A stretch of 63,859 bases of DNA, from NCBI RefSeq assembly GCF_001194135.2, contig NC_068990.1:86997688-87061546 (forward strand). Direction: 5' to 3'. How positions within the stretch are numbered: position 1 is the stretch's first letter; every line of letters starts with the position of its first letter. The DNA comes from Octopus bimaculoides. Lineage: Eukaryota. Under the pieces are notes generated by a model. That model was not told where the DNA came from and did no database searches. It saw nothing but the letters and a program-made list of their open reading frames with translations. The translations under genes were made by a program, and so were the position numbers. Positions 26,086 through 39,723 of the stretch are shown one piece after another.

Positions 26086-26194
26086 GGACTCATAAACCTT
26101 GTTGCTCGGTCTCCACAGTGTATAAGTAACAGATATCATCACATTACCCTCAAGAGAATGCTTCCTGATCCCATTTCAGGGTTCAGGGAGCAAT

Positions 26195-26365
26195 TTTTGA
26201 GCAGAAGGGACAAATCGATTACATTGACCCCTGTACTTAACTCGTGTGACACTTTATTGACCCCGAAAACAAAATGTAAATAAGGTTTGAGGTGAGAACG
26301 TAAAGAGTCGGAAGAACATCTACTATTCATTTTGTCCGATTCACTAACAATTCTATCAGCTCACC
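26195..26365 (-). mobile_element. Degenerate SINE B
   Basis: atcgattacattgacccctgt..ttattgaccccgaaa..gagaacgtaaagag..ctatcagctcacc. Confidence 0.55.
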
Positions 26366-26380
26366 ATCTTTTGTGACATA

Positions 26381-26952
26381 TAGGGTAAAGACCCCCATCG
26401 GTCGTGAATGATCATGGGACTGCACCCAGAAAGTTCCCCTCCGAGGGACAAGTCTGGGTAAGGCTGTTTATGGAAGACCAGTAGTCACCCATGCATACCA
26501 ACCTCCCCTCTTATTTCTTTATTGCCCACAAGGGGCTAAGCATAGAGGGGACAAACAAGGACAGAAAAATGGACTATGTCGATTATATCGACCCCAGTGC
26601 GTAACTGGTACTTATTTAATCGACCCCGAAAGGATGAAAGGCAAAGTCGACCTCGGCGGAATTTGAACTCAGAACGTAGCGGCAGACGAAATACCGCTAA
26701 GCATTTCGCCCGGCGTGCTAACGTTTCTGCCAGCTCCCCTCTGCATGTCATCGGTGTTATCCAAGGGAAAGGCAAAGGCAGATACAGCTTTGCACCAGTG
26801 ACAATACAACTAATTTCTACAACCGAGTGAACTGGAGCAACGTGAAATAAAGTGTCTTGCTCAAGAACACAACAGACAGACCGGTCCGGAAATCGAATTC
26901 ATTATTTCATGATTGTGAGACCAACGCTCTAACCACTAAACCATGCGCCTTC
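26381..26952 (-). mobile_element. SINE family 'C' split by a nested SINE B
   Basis: Both halves align, inverted, to the intact copy at 34291-34626. Confidence 0.85.
26511..26736 (-). mobile_element. Well-preserved SINE B nested in SINE C
   Basis: Head (reverse complement) gagctggcagaaacgttagc...gagttcaaattccgccg. ctcccctc is repeated at 26503-26510 and 26734-26741 (TSD-like). Confidence 0.9.
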
Positions 26953-27459
26953 ATATAATGACACTAGTAGACAGATAAAATAGAATTAATCACAATGCAG
27001 ACACGGCAGGCGGTGAACTAGAAATTACTAAATTACTATACTTTCGATTACTTCCAAAATACCATCAAAGAGTGGTACTTACAGATTACATTAGTAATGA
27101 GGATATTACCATAGATATACGACGACTACAAGACATCATCATTGGCTAGGTGTGATCTGTCAGAGGCTGTTTCTATGAATGCTACTAAATTACGGTATTT
27201 CATAAACCTAATAACTCAAAATAATGTTCATAATATTCACATTTGATTATCATAGCGTCATCAAGGCATCCTAATTAACTTTTTACACTTTCACGCTATT
27301 TTCCAGTAGTCAGGGGGAAAAAATCATTATTCTATGTTATTAATGATGCGGATGCAAGCACGGCTGTGAGGTTAAAAAGAAGTTGCTCATCGAGTGATTT
27401 CAGGTTCGATCTCACTGCGAGTCATCTACTTTCGTGAAAACCAAAGCCATGTGTGGAAA

Positions 27460-27508
<49 letters not shown>

Positions 27509-27517
27509 CATATATTC

Positions 27518-27620
27518 TTTTATTTGTTACAGTCATAATGGCTGCGGCCATGCTGGAGAACCGCTTTTAGTCGAACAAATCGACCCCACGACTTATTCTT
27601 TGTAAGCCTGGTACTTATCC
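27518..27620 (-). mobile_element. SINE A 3' end
   Basis: gctgcggccatgctggagaaccgc..gtcgaacaaatcgacccca.gacttattctttgtaagcctggtacttat. Confidence 0.8.
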
Positions 27621-28119
27621 ATTTATCTCGTCGCTCGCCTTCACAGCGAAGAAAATGCTTTACCTTTATCAGGTAACTGTGAGCCCGTCGTTTATACCTG
27701 GGAGAAAGAAATAGCAAGCTATATGGCCATGCTGTTCGTTAACATCTTAATTTTTAATGGTTTAATCTGAAAGACGGTACTGTACCATGGTGTTTGCAGG
27801 CTTTCATCACTGAGATACGATGGAGTTAATATTCCTCTTTAAATAATTGTCCAGGTTGACGGCGTAATTAAAATAGAATTTCGTCGAACGTTTGTCAGAA
27901 TTAGGTTATGCCATCGAGTTTGGAAACTTTATGTTTTACTTTCTGCTGCAATTAGCAAGCTTAAGGTCCGTGTAATTAATTAGAGCCATATCATTGAAAT
28001 GAATTGAGATAATTTACAAATGCGAGATTAATTTTGATTATACCCTGATATCCTGTCAGAAGCTTTCAACATGTTACAAACAAATTAGAGAATATAAGCA
28101 ATGTATATCACACGCGTGT

Positions 28120-28124
28120 GCACA

Positions 28125-28218
<94 letters not shown>
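28120..28218. repeat. (CA)n microsatellite
   Basis: Directly visible. Confidence 0.97.
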
Positions 28219-28221
<3 letters not shown>

Positions 28222-28519
28222 GTATATATATATAACATTTATATATATATACTTGTATATAAATAAATGTTACGTTAAGGTGCAGTACTGAGGGTCAAGT
28301 CCCCTGCGTAGATTTGCAGAAGGTCGTTGATTCTTCCGGTCTTGCCGTTAGACTTCGGTTCACGTGAAGCAATTTTGGTTACAACCATATATTGTCCTGC
28401 TACCTGCCCCGATACAGATTTCCTCAAAGGTAGATAACCATCAGTTGAGGGTAGATGGACATAACACAGTTACTATGGCAATTTCAACGGACCATGCCAC
28501 CGTTGTAGCCCGCTTCCTT

Positions 28520-28585
28520 ATCATCAGCATCATAATCATCGTTAAAACCTTCATCGTCGTTGTCGACGTTGTTGCCATCATCACC

Positions 28586-28637
<52 letters not shown>

Positions 28638-28650
28638 CCACCACCACCAT

Positions 28651-28698
<48 letters not shown>

Positions 28699-28765
28699 TC
28701 TGTCCCTTCTCTTCGTCTTCCGAATTATCATTATCAATATCGATATTATCATTATCATCTATCAT
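28520..28765. repeat. (CAT)n/(CAC)n compound microsatellite
   Basis: Directly visible. Confidence 0.95.
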
Positions 28766-29139
28766 CAACCCCCCACTCACCCCACCCCTCTACATACAAT
28801 ATCAACAATTCAATTAGCTTCCATACCATTGTTACTTTGGAAACTTGGCAATCCCGATGAGAGTAGCACAAACTGTCCTTCAGTAAGATTCAGTTAAGCT
28901 TTTGTCTCTGGAATGTTTTCGCTCCCTTGTATAAACACACACACGCACACACACACGCACACACATCTACATATATACGTGTGCGTATGTGTGTGCGTGT
29001 ATGTATGTGTGTGCATACAAACATACACGCACTTGTGTATGTATATACATTCATATATGTATTTGTTTATATATATATATATATATATATACGTGTGTTT
29101 GTCATATATACACATATGTATATACACACACACACACAC

Positions 29140-29179
<40 letters not shown>

Positions 29180-30289
29180 GTGCGTGTATGTGTCATATAT
29201 ACACATATGTATGGATACACACACACATATATGTCTATATACGAATGTATGAATAAATATATATGTAAACATATCCATGTGTAGATACGAATGTATATGC
29301 ATGTGTGTGCACACATGTGTGCACACATGTGTGCACGTGGGGATTTGCCTGTGTATACATATATTATGATGTATATGATGTAAAGTTCCCATAGCAACAC
29401 CCTTCTCTTCTGTCATATAATAAAATTAAGGTTATTATTAAGCTAAGAGATAGAGATAGAGAAACAGAGAGGGAGTCAGAGTGAGAGTGAGAGAGGTAGA
29501 GTGGGAGAGAGAAAAAGAGAGGGAAAGAAAGAGATAGAATCAACGATGGATAGATACAAAACAAAGGAAAACAAAAACTAGGAAGGAGAAAGAATTTGGT
29601 ACGTGAAAAAAAAATGAAACGAACCAATTATGACAATAACGACGCAAAGAAAATAAAACTAGAAGATAAGCGAGACGAAAACATCGGTTGTAGAAGTTAT
29701 CTGCCATAACAGTTAAAAATACCTGTACAGTGTTTGTTATCGTTATGGATTTCATATTTACCAGAGAATATTAGAACAGGAATCTAGGTTGGGAAGAGAC
29801 GCAGTACAGACCACCGTAGTTAAGAAATTCGCTTTGCAACGACGCGGTTTCGGATTCAGTTTCATTTCGTTGCATTTTATATTGTGTATGTATTTTCTGA
29901 AATAATTGCGTATTGACCAAAGTATTCTGAATGAAATTTAGCCAACGGAAACTGTTCGGAAGCCTCTCAAAGGAACTGCTTTAGTTTTCTTCTTTTTAAC
30001 GGTCGATTCATCTGTCGCCCAGAGTAAAACCTTTAAGCCATAACCTAGCCCTGTGTGTTTTCCTTTAAAGACGTCCACATGACTGCAAGCACTCGGGGTC
30101 AGGTCTCCTGTCTTGGGATTTCTTGACCACTTCCTGGCATCAGTCACAGAGGCCTTGAAAAAGGGTTTTCTTCCTCTAAAATATGTAAAAGCAAAGAAAG
30201 AAAATATATTGTGAAAAGAAAAATATACAGTGATCTTCGGCAACGTAGGAAAGGTACATTAGCTTTTGGTTTAGGTACCAAGCCAGCAA

Positions 30290-30465
30290 TTTTGGTGGGA
30301 GGGTTGTTAGTCTATACCATCGACTCTAATACTAGACTGGTACGTTTTATCCAACCTAGAAGGATGAAAGGCAAATGTCCCTTTGACGAGAATTGAACTC
30401 TGCTCATAAAGAACCGGAACAAATATCACGAGGTATTTTGTCTGACGCTGTAACGACTCTGGGAG
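30290..30465 (-). mobile_element. Degenerate SINE B
   Basis: actggtacgttttat..aaggatgaaaggcaaa..gaattgaactc. Confidence 0.55.
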
Positions 30466-30910
30466 GGATATGACGAATCCTATTAATTCGAAACTATTTA
30501 TCCATGTTTCTAATGGTCCTGAAAATATGAAAGTAGAAACTTGTATCTGATTAAATACGAACTCAATACATAAGTTGCTTGTTTGTTGTTTATGACCAGA
30601 CCAACCTTAGTTGATCAGGTCCAGTTCATTCCAACCTTCCAGCCATGACAATCCTATCTTTTTACTAGTGTATTGAAATACATTGTTTCTCGTTGTCCAG
30701 CACTGCCGAGGACGGAGATATGCATTTTGAAGTAGATTTAGCTGCTACTTCTAGCAGGTAAAATTACCCTCTAGATGCTTCTTTTGTTGGTTCAGTAACT
30801 GAGCGTTGTAATTTGATAAATAAATCTTTAGCATATTAGAGTTACGTAAGACTCATACTCAGCTACTGTCCCTGTAGCCACAAAGCAGACGATATATATA
30901 AATATAACTA

Positions 30911-30967
30911 TAGATAGATAGATAGATAGATAGATAGACATACATACAGACAGACAGACAGACAGAC

Positions 30968-31024
<57 letters not shown>

Positions 31025-31052
31025 CACACACACACATACATACATACATACA
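30911..31052. repeat. (TAGA)n/(CAGA)n/(TACA)n tetranucleotide tract
   Basis: Directly visible. Confidence 0.96.
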
Positions 31053-31587
31053 TTAGAAAATTTCATCAAATTTTAGGACAACTATTTATAGCTTGGTGAG
31101 GTGTTCGTGTCAGGAAGTAGTCCACAACACAATGAAGAAAACGTGACACGAACCACTAAACACTTTACAGTTCTTGTTGTTATTATATGTTATCCCTATG
31201 TCAGCTCGCTATTGAGCATACTTCTTACTAAAGACCTTCCAGATGACTATCTATTTCTGCTTTTTTTTTTTCTTCTGTTTTCTGCAATGGGTTAAAGTGA
31301 AAATCGGTTGATATTCCTAGAAAGTTTTGTAATTATATAGTTTCCTTTTTTGCCATGTAACATGACGCAAACACAAGAACTTATGCGTCATATACGATAG
31401 CCTCGGTCACTCCCATATTCCGTATGGGAAGTAAATAGGAAATAAAACGATAAACGAAAGAAAAAAGCGGTGGAAAATAGAGGGTGCAAAATTTGGAAAG
31501 TACAAAACAATTTTTAAAATGTCTTGCTCTGTATGCAGTTCGAACTCAAAACGTATAGGAAACAACTCAGCTAAATTTCTTTTTCCT

Positions 31588-31793
31588 CCTGGCAAGAGGC
31601 CCAAAATTTTGTGGGAGCAAAGCTTATCGATTACATTGACTTCAGGGTTCAACTGGTACTTATTTTAATCAACATCGAAATGATGAAAGACAAAATCGAC
31701 CTCGGCGCAATTTGAACTCAGAACGTAAAGCCGGAGAAACCTCATTAAGCATCTTTACCGGATGGGTGCCAATGTTTCCACCAGTTCACCACC
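31588..31793 (-). mobile_element. SINE B
   Basis: atcgattacattgac..aactggtacttattt..atcgacctcggcgcaatttgaactcagaacgtaaag. Confidence 0.78.
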
Positions 31794-32164
31794 TAAACAG
31801 TTCGATTAAAGTAAATAGGGCGCCATTGAGCTGAGATCACTTAACTGTATTAAGCAGACGTTTCAACGATATATAACTACATAAAGTGACGCAGTAAGTA
31901 TTCGTGTCACTGCAACCGCACTGAAGCAACCGCATGGAACAGAAATGACGCAGCACCACAGTAATACACATGTGAATATCAAAGTGAAACCAGCTGAAAA
32001 TTCTCCAGTAGCAGCAGGGGCCCGGCGGTAAAACTTCATCCACTTTCTTTCATTAATAAATATTCAACTATTAGAAATATGTAAAACTACTCACAAGGGA
32101 GACAGACACAGCCAGCATCATGCTTTATTTCAGATGGTTTTTAGAATATGCTGTCTCCTACCCC

Positions 32165-32205
<41 letters not shown>

Positions 32206-32393
32206 NNNNNNNNNNNNNNNNNNNNNNNNNNNNNNNNNNNNNNNNNNNNNNNNNNNNNNNNNNNNNNNNNNNNNNNNNNNNNNNNNNNNNNNNNNNNNNN
32301 NNNNNNNNNNNNNNNNNNNNNNNNNNNNNNNNNNNNNNNNNNNNNNNNNNNNNNNNNNNNNNNNNNNNNNNNNNNNNNNNNNNNNNNNNNNNN

Positions 32394-32420
<27 letters not shown>

Positions 32421-32424
<4 letters not shown>

Positions 32425-32690
32425 TGCAGGCGTGGGTGTGAGGTAAGAAGCTTGCTTGCCAACCGGGTTCAGTCCTACTGCGTAGTAATTTGGGCAACTG
32501 TCTTCTACTATAACTTCGGGCTGACCTAAGCCTTGTGGGTGGATTTGGTAGACGGAAACTGAAAGAAGCCCAATATACGTATATATCTATGTGTGTGTCT
32601 GTGATTGTGTCCCCCACCATCGTTTGATGACCGATCTTGGTGTGTTTACGTCCCCGTAACTTAGCGATTCCTCAAAGAGACTGATAGAGA
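32421..32690 (+). mobile_element. SINE A, 3'-truncated
   Basis: gggttcagtcctactgcg..ggatttggtagacggaaactgaaagaagccc..tttacgtccccgtaacttagcg. Confidence 0.85.
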
Positions 32691-33019
32691 GCGGTGAGCC
32701 TCGTGTAATAGTAATAGTAGTACGTCGTGTAAATAATTTCTTGCGACCATCCAACAGTTGAGAGAGAACCTTAGTCTTCATTTAGATATATCTCTTGGAG
32801 AAGGAAAGCTTTGAATTAATACCTGTGACTTCGATTGCATCCAATGGTGTAAACTAGTTCTTCTTTTTGGAGCAAACGCATACGTTGTTTAGAGAGTGAG
32901 ATTGGTACTTTACAATACCTCTTCTCACTTTAAAAAGCTTCAAGCACCGGCACATTATTTGATGTTTAACATTCCTAATATGTGTTGCATATCATGCTTT
33001 GGCTGTAGCCGTAAAAGGC

Positions 33020-33235
33020 AAAACACTCAATAATAGGTTCCATGAAAGAATGAATGCATGTTTCAGCGTGGGCGGTAAGATCTCTAAACACCTACTGCAA
33101 GAGATTACCCATCGTTGCCCATCTCTTCAAAAGAGTGTATGTCCACCGCAGGGTTGAAAAGTCACATCCATGCTGTTCATGTTAAAAGAATAAACAAGCA
33201 AAGGCATTGATCGAAATCGAATTGCTACTATCATG
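33020..33235 (+). mobile_element. Probable RTE-type LINE extreme 3' end
   Basis: Reads (C)PI(C)SKECMSTAGLKSHIHAVH, a decayed C2H2-like terminal motif of RTE ORFs, followed by a ggcattgatcgaaatcg..tgc tail. Confidence 0.4.
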
Positions 33236-34290
33236 TACATATATGCATGTATATATGTACATATGTATGTAGATTTATGTAGGTATGTAGATTTATGAAT
33301 GTGTATACGTAAGCGTATAAACACATATACAGTCATCTTTAGCGAAATGTCTGCCATTTTTTAATTAAATTTTCTTTCTCGTTTTATCAGACGCTTAGGC
33401 GTATTATTTATATATTTGTAAAACGATATCTAGATGGATATTTTATTATTCCATTCTATTGGTTAGAATAATATCGATTTACACACAAAGTTGGATATTG
33501 TTAAATTGTATTATCGTAATATTGACAGTGACATAATAGCAATGCATGTCATTTTAGAAGAAAAAAAAATAATAGCAATGGTTTCCATAATAGTATTCTT
33601 ACTTGAAGTGAAGCAACGTATTTCAATGAACAGTTTGAAGATGCAAAAGTAGGTCTTCACAAAAGCTACTGAGCTGGATGAACGCTTTACTTGAAGATGC
33701 TATCATTTCTCATGTTTTTTTTTTTAATCTTTCTGTTTTTTGGTTTTTCTTTTTTCCGAATAAAGTAAAAATCCATTGAAAAAGCAAGGATTTCATCTAT
33801 TTTTCTCCCGTACAGATATTCGACAAAAGTAATGCTGTATGATTGTTGCATAATGTTTTATGATTGTTGCATAATGTTGTTAATGAATAATCCATTGCTA
33901 GCAGAAGTGCTAACAGAGCGTAACAAAATAAAACTTAATAACTAGATAATTGAATAAATCGATAAAATTGATTGAAATTGAGATCTAAGCGTCTGGTATG
34001 GTTTGGTTTGGTCTGGTCTAATCTGGTGTAGTCTGGTCTAGTCTGGTGTGTTCTTGTCTGTTCTGGGTTGGTCCAAATTTAGAACATGTCTTACAAAAGA
34101 AAACTGAAGTTGGAATAAATCATTGTCCTTATCGTTGCTGTTGCTGCTGTTGTATAGCTCCAGTTTAACCTTGATTGTGTGTGTGTGCATATATGTGTGT
34201 ATGTGTGTGTATGTGCGTCTTTAACCTTGTTTGTGTATGTGTGTGTGTGTGTGCATATATGTGTGTATGTGTGTGTATGTGCGTATGTAT

Positions 34291-34626
34291 GAAGGCGCAT
34301 GGCTCAGTGGTTAGAGCGCCGAACTTACGACCGTAAGGTTGTGAGTTCGAACCCCGGACCGGGCTGCGTGTTGTGTTCTTGAGCAAGACGCTTTATTTCA
34401 CGTTGCTCCAATTTACTCAGCTGTAGAAATGAGTTGCGACGTTACTGGTGCCAAGCTGTATCGGCCCCTTTGCCTTTCCCTTGGATAACAATGGTGGCAT
34501 GGAGAGGGGAGGCCGGTATGCATGGACGACTCCTGGTCTTCCATAAACAACCTTGCCCGGACTTGTGCCTCGGAGGGTAACTTTCTAGGTGCAATCCCAT
34601 GGTCATTCGTGACCGAAGGGGGTCTC
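34291..34626 (+). mobile_element. Full-length tRNA-derived SINE, family 'C'
   Basis: Clear A box (tggctcagtggttagagc) and B box (gagttcgaacccc), then tgtgttcttgagcaagac..actcagctgtagaaatgag. Confidence 0.9.
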
Positions 34627-35759
34627 CGATGTGCGTATGGATGTTTGTGCATACTTCACACACATACACACGCACATAAGCATATTTACATAAGACACCA
34701 CATTGCACAATCTGTATAAACAGTCGGTAACTGAATGGGTGAGGAATCCTTTCACTGGCCGCTCCTCCTGTCAAGAATGGTGGTCATCATTTCCTCCAAA
34801 AGAAAGACACGTTGGATAATGTTGACCAGACTTAATTACACATACAAAAAGACGAGACGGTCATAGACGGAACGCCTTTGATCATAGGTCTCGATCAAAG
34901 AACTACAGCCGTTAACAATCACTCACCAAACACACACACAAATATACACACACAGACGACTACTTCCACATTCTGTCGTCATTTATTAATTAATCATTAA
35001 CAACATTAATCGCATCAAAACAGTACCCTGTAGTTATTTTTATTAACTCTAATTCTTTGCGGTTCCCACCTAAAATTCGCACTTCATAATGTGAAGATTT
35101 TGTCCATTCTTCCATCTGTTATACTTTGCAAAATCAGTAAATCCGATATTGGCAGAATGGTTTCTTCAGCACCACCTCACCACACTAACATCGCTCCAAA
35201 TTATAGACCGCAAACTTAGAATCCATATTATTTATCCTGATGGCAACTTTACGATTAAATATTTTCCAGTAAAGATTATACTTTGATTTATTGAAATTAA
35301 TGCCAGCTCATGTTCACTTCCTAAATATCGATCTGGCATAACTTTACCGCAACTACCACTATTATCCCTATCATATCACCACTACACAACGTACTAGCAC
35401 CCCCCACTGCCACACTAGAACTTCTACAATTATCAATGCGCAGTACCTGCCATCATACACTAACAGCATCACTTACCACCAGTGTCAAAATCACCACTAG
35501 GACGACAGCTATCACCACAAATGTCCATATCTAGTTTTAAGTCAAAACAGCTATATTAGAATTTATCTATATTCATTTTTATATTGCTCTAACTTTTACG
35601 GTTATCGACTCCGAGAGAGTAGACTACTGTATATATGTGAATGTGTGTGTATGCGTGTATGTGTGTGCGCGTGCGCGTGTATGTGCATGCGTGTGTGTGT
35701 AAGTGTGTGTGTGTGTGTNNNNNNNNNNCGTGCGCGTGTATGTGCATGCGTGTGTGTGT

Positions 35760-35800
<41 letters not shown>

Positions 35801-35959
35801 GCTATAATAACAAGTGTGGTCTCTGCATAGCAGAGGTCTAAGCTATTTTGCAATTCACGAATTGTCTTAATGAACGCAGTAGTATAATTTTTACCTGCAA
35901 ACATCGATCACTAAATCTATTCTCAAAATGCAAATAGCAACAACCCTCACCCCGTGGGG

Positions 35960-36310
35960 AAGCAAGCGTAGCTGTGTGGTAAGGAGCTTCTTCCCAACCA
36001 CAAGGTTCTAGATTCAGTCCCACTGCGTGTCACATTGGGGCAATTGTCTTCTACTCTATCCACGGGCCGACCAAAGCCTTGTGAGTGGATTTGGTAGACG
36101 GAAACTGAAAGACGCCTGTCGTATATATATGTGTATGTGTGTGTTTGTGTGTGTGCGTGTACGTGCGTGTGTCCTTGTGCCTGTGTTTGTCTTCCATCAC
36201 AGCTTGACAACCACTGTTGGTGTATTTATGTCCCCGTAAAGTAGCAGTTCCACAAAAGAGACCGATACATTAAGTACTTAGCTTTAAAAAAAATAAGTCC
36301 TGGAGTCTAT
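35960..36310 (+). mobile_element. SINE A, near full length
   Basis: Aligns to 60740-61100. Confidence 0.85.
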
Positions 36311-36317
36311 TTGTACG

Positions 36318-36350
<33 letters not shown>

Positions 36351-36545
36351 GTATGGATGGATTGATGGATTGATGTNNNNNNNNNNNNNNNNNNNNNNNN
36401 NNNNNNNNNNNNNNNNNNNNNNNNNNNNNNNNNNNNNNNNNNNNNNNNNNNNNNNNNNNNNNNNNNNNNNNNNNNNNNNNNNNNNNNNNNNNNNNNNNNN
36501 NNNNNNNNNNNNNNNNNNNNNNNNNNNNNNNNNNNNNNNNNNNNN

Positions 36546-36589
<44 letters not shown>

Positions 36590-36602
36590 GTATGTATGTA
36601 TA

Positions 36603-36750
36603 AATGACGGGCTTCTTTCGGTTTCCGTCTACCAAATCCACTCACAAGGTTTTGGTCGGCCCGAGTCTATAGTAGAAGAGACTTGCTCAAGGTGCCACGC
36701 AATGGGACTGAACCCGGAACCATGTCGTTGGTAAGCAACCTACTTACCAT
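36603..36750 (-). mobile_element. SINE A 5' half
   Basis: Aligns closely to 8-150 of this window. Confidence 0.87.
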
Positions 36751-37539
36751 GGGTATGTGCGTGTGTGTGTGTAATGCCGAACAATGAAAATGAATGCTGA
36801 GCACCGCATTAACTTGGTTAAGCATAAGTAAATTGTTTTTGTTTGTTTGCTTCTTTGTTAAAGCTCTTTCGTTGCTATTTGCACAAAGCATCATAGCAAC
36901 TATCACGAAAGAGCTTCGACAAAACAAAAAAAAAACGACTTACTGTTTAACCAAGTTAAACAAACAATCGATTAGTTAGTTGGATATTAAACCAACTGAC
37001 TCATAATAAATCGGGGGAATTGGACCAGTGCGTGTGTTAATAATGTTGGCATTATGACTCTCCCTAGAGACAACAGAATTTCAATATTAAGTTACCCATT
37101 TGTAAATGTTCTGCTGCTATTGTTAAATTTTATCTAAAGTAATAAACTAAGCTTAATTCAATTCACACATACCCACACACACATAAACACGCATACATAC
37201 ACACACATACACACATGTATATATACACATATTTTCATGCGTTTGTGTGTGTTTCTGAAAGTGAAAAGCCTAGTGTTGCTCGTCAGTAAAGGCGTCAGCT
37301 GTTGTAATGTACAATACAGAAACGGATTACTTCTCTAGTAGCCAATAAACCTAATATGTATTATGCATTTTCGATATTGTATTACCAATTATTTCCTTGG
37401 GTTAATTCCGATCAGACGCTTCGAACTTCAGTCAGCTGTGTCGAGTTTCCCTTATCTCACACATATATTAAGTTCTATGCAAGCATAAATACGTTTCATC
37501 TATTTAATAAACATGCATATGTATATGTGTATATATATG

Positions 37540-37582
<43 letters not shown>

Positions 37583-38019
37583 NNNNNNNNNNNNNNNNNN
37601 NNNNNNNNNNNNNNNNNNNNNNNNNNNNNNNNNNNNNNNNNNNNNNNNNNNNNNNNNNNNNNNNNNNNNNNNNNNNNNNNNNNNNNNNNNNNNNNNNNNN
37701 NNNNNNNNNNNNNNNNNNNNTATATATATACCAATTTTAAGGGTACACAAATGCCCCTGCATGCTAGAAATAAGAGTTGAAACCCCCATTTAAACCACCA
37801 AATATTTTATGTCGTTAGACGATTTAGCATCTATTTTACAGCATATTGGCAAAGATTTTTTTTTTCTTTTTGCCTTTATTTAGAATTGTATGATTTTCAC
37901 CTTAAAATGTATTTTTCATATGCTGACCGTTGATAAGATTTTTCACAAAATTTCATCCTTATATTAGAACTATATATATATGCATATGGTCACATAACAA
38001 CACTCAGTCGGTATTATTT

Positions 38020-38230
38020 AACAACTTTCAAACGAGTCCTAGACGATTATCTCCAACAAATTCCAGATAAACCACCTGGAAGACCCGGATAATAACTCTT
38101 TACTCGAATGGGCGATTGTGCCCAAAGAATGACTGTAATATGAAATATCGTTAAACGTCTTTCCTAGGTGGCGCTATTAACTTAGACATGACCTGGGCCA
38201 GTTTTGGACGAAACTTCACTAAGTATCCAT
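38020..38230 (+). mobile_element. CR1/L2-group LINE 3' end
   Basis: Reads TFKRVLDDYLQQIPDKP..NNSLLEWAIVPKE*, like the FK..LD.FL..IPD.P...NSL termini of CR1-group ORF2. Confidence 0.5.
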
Positions 38231-38314
38231 ACATACCTATGTGTGAGATCTACTAAACACTTCCACGTGTGTGTATATATATATATATATATATGTGTGT
38301 NNNNNNNNNNTGTG

Positions 38315-38354
<40 letters not shown>

Positions 38355-38359
<5 letters not shown>

Positions 38360-38546
38360 ACTCAAGGCACAAGGCCCTAAATTTTTGGGGAGGGGACAGT
38401 CGATTGGATCGACCCCAGTACACAACAGGTAGTTAATCTATCGACCCCGAAAGGATGAAAGGCAAAGTCAACCTCACGGAGTTTGAACTCAGAACGTAAA
38501 GACAGCATTTCGCCCGGCGTGATAACGTTTCTGCCAGCTAGCCGCA
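38355..38546 (-). mobile_element. SINE B with an internal deletion
   Basis: atcgaccccgaaaggatgaaaggcaaagtcaacctc..gcatttcgcccggcgtgataacgtttctgccagct. Confidence 0.85.
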
Positions 38547-38948
38547 TTAAAATATGCGCGCGTGTGTGTGTGTTTATATATTCTAGATACATTCATACAT
38601 ACATACATACATACATACATTCGCTCCATGGCAATACAACGCCATCTTTGATTAAAAGAAAGCATTTTGTTGCTAAGTATCTCATTTCCGCCTACGGAAA
38701 CTATGCTGGTCAATGCCTTCAACTCAGAAGGCATTGACCAGTATAAAATATAATAAGCGCCGTATAGTGGAATTGAATCCACACCACTTGGTTACGAAGC
38801 GACCTTCCTTCTAACCACGTAGCTATACCTACAAATGCTTAATCGTAACATCCTTTATTTGACCATAACAGACACTCATGCGATTATAGTGACGTGACGG
38901 TAGTAAAATGATGTTAGATACTTCATACTTTTCTTATCTTTCTCCATT

Positions 38949-38986
<38 letters not shown>

Positions 38987-39624
38987 ACTAACTCTGTCTG
39001 CCTCTCTCTGTCTCTNNNNNNNNNNCCACTAACTCTGTCTGCCTCTCTCTGTCTCTCTCTGTCTCTCTGTCTTTCTCACTATGTATGTGTGTGTGTCCGA
39101 TTCTTTCTTCCTATCTCTTGTTTTTTTATCATATCTATTTCTATTTCCTTGGTCTTCCCTGTCGCTCTTTCATCCTCTCTCTCAGGCATTAGCTGAGTTC
39201 CTGCTGGTCAATATGTTTCTGTCGTATTAAATGTCAGTTATTGAAACGATATATAGTTTTATTTTACATTGGTAAACTCTTTCCTGATTAATGCAGTTTC
39301 TATAAACTATGAGAGTCACGCAACTGTAAAGATATTTTAAAAAATAGTTCAATTTTCATATAAATCGCTGACTATAAAACTTGTGAATTAAGATATTAAA
39401 TATTATAAGAGACATATAGTAATGTATAGCAATACAGAGTAAAGCAGAGGTTGTGAACTAAAGTATTTTAAATGTATTGTTCGGGAAATTAGAGTTAAGT
39501 TTATAGTATTTCATTGAGTTAATCATTAATGTCACGTAACTGAAAACTAGGTTTTTGCAAACATGAGGATGTCTACTGCCCCCACCCTACTCTCTTTATC
39601 TCCCTTCCCCTCTGTCTCTTCCTT

Positions 39625-39625
<1 letters not shown>

Positions 39626-39720
<95 letters not shown>
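39626..39720. repeat. (CT)n microsatellite
   Basis: Directly visible. Confidence 0.97.

Positions 39721-39723
<3 letters not shown>

Noticed and set aside
34291-34370. tRNA-like sequences here and at 23042, 56550-56621 and 26870-26952
   Set aside because: They are SINE heads continuing into SINE bodies, with no proper acceptor stem, so they are not tRNA genes.
35665-35775. ~50-bp direct duplication either side of a 10-N gap
   Set aside because: Typical unmerged contig overlap, an assembly artefact.
38985-39060. 31-bp direct duplication either side of a 10-N gap
   Set aside because: The same assembly artefact.
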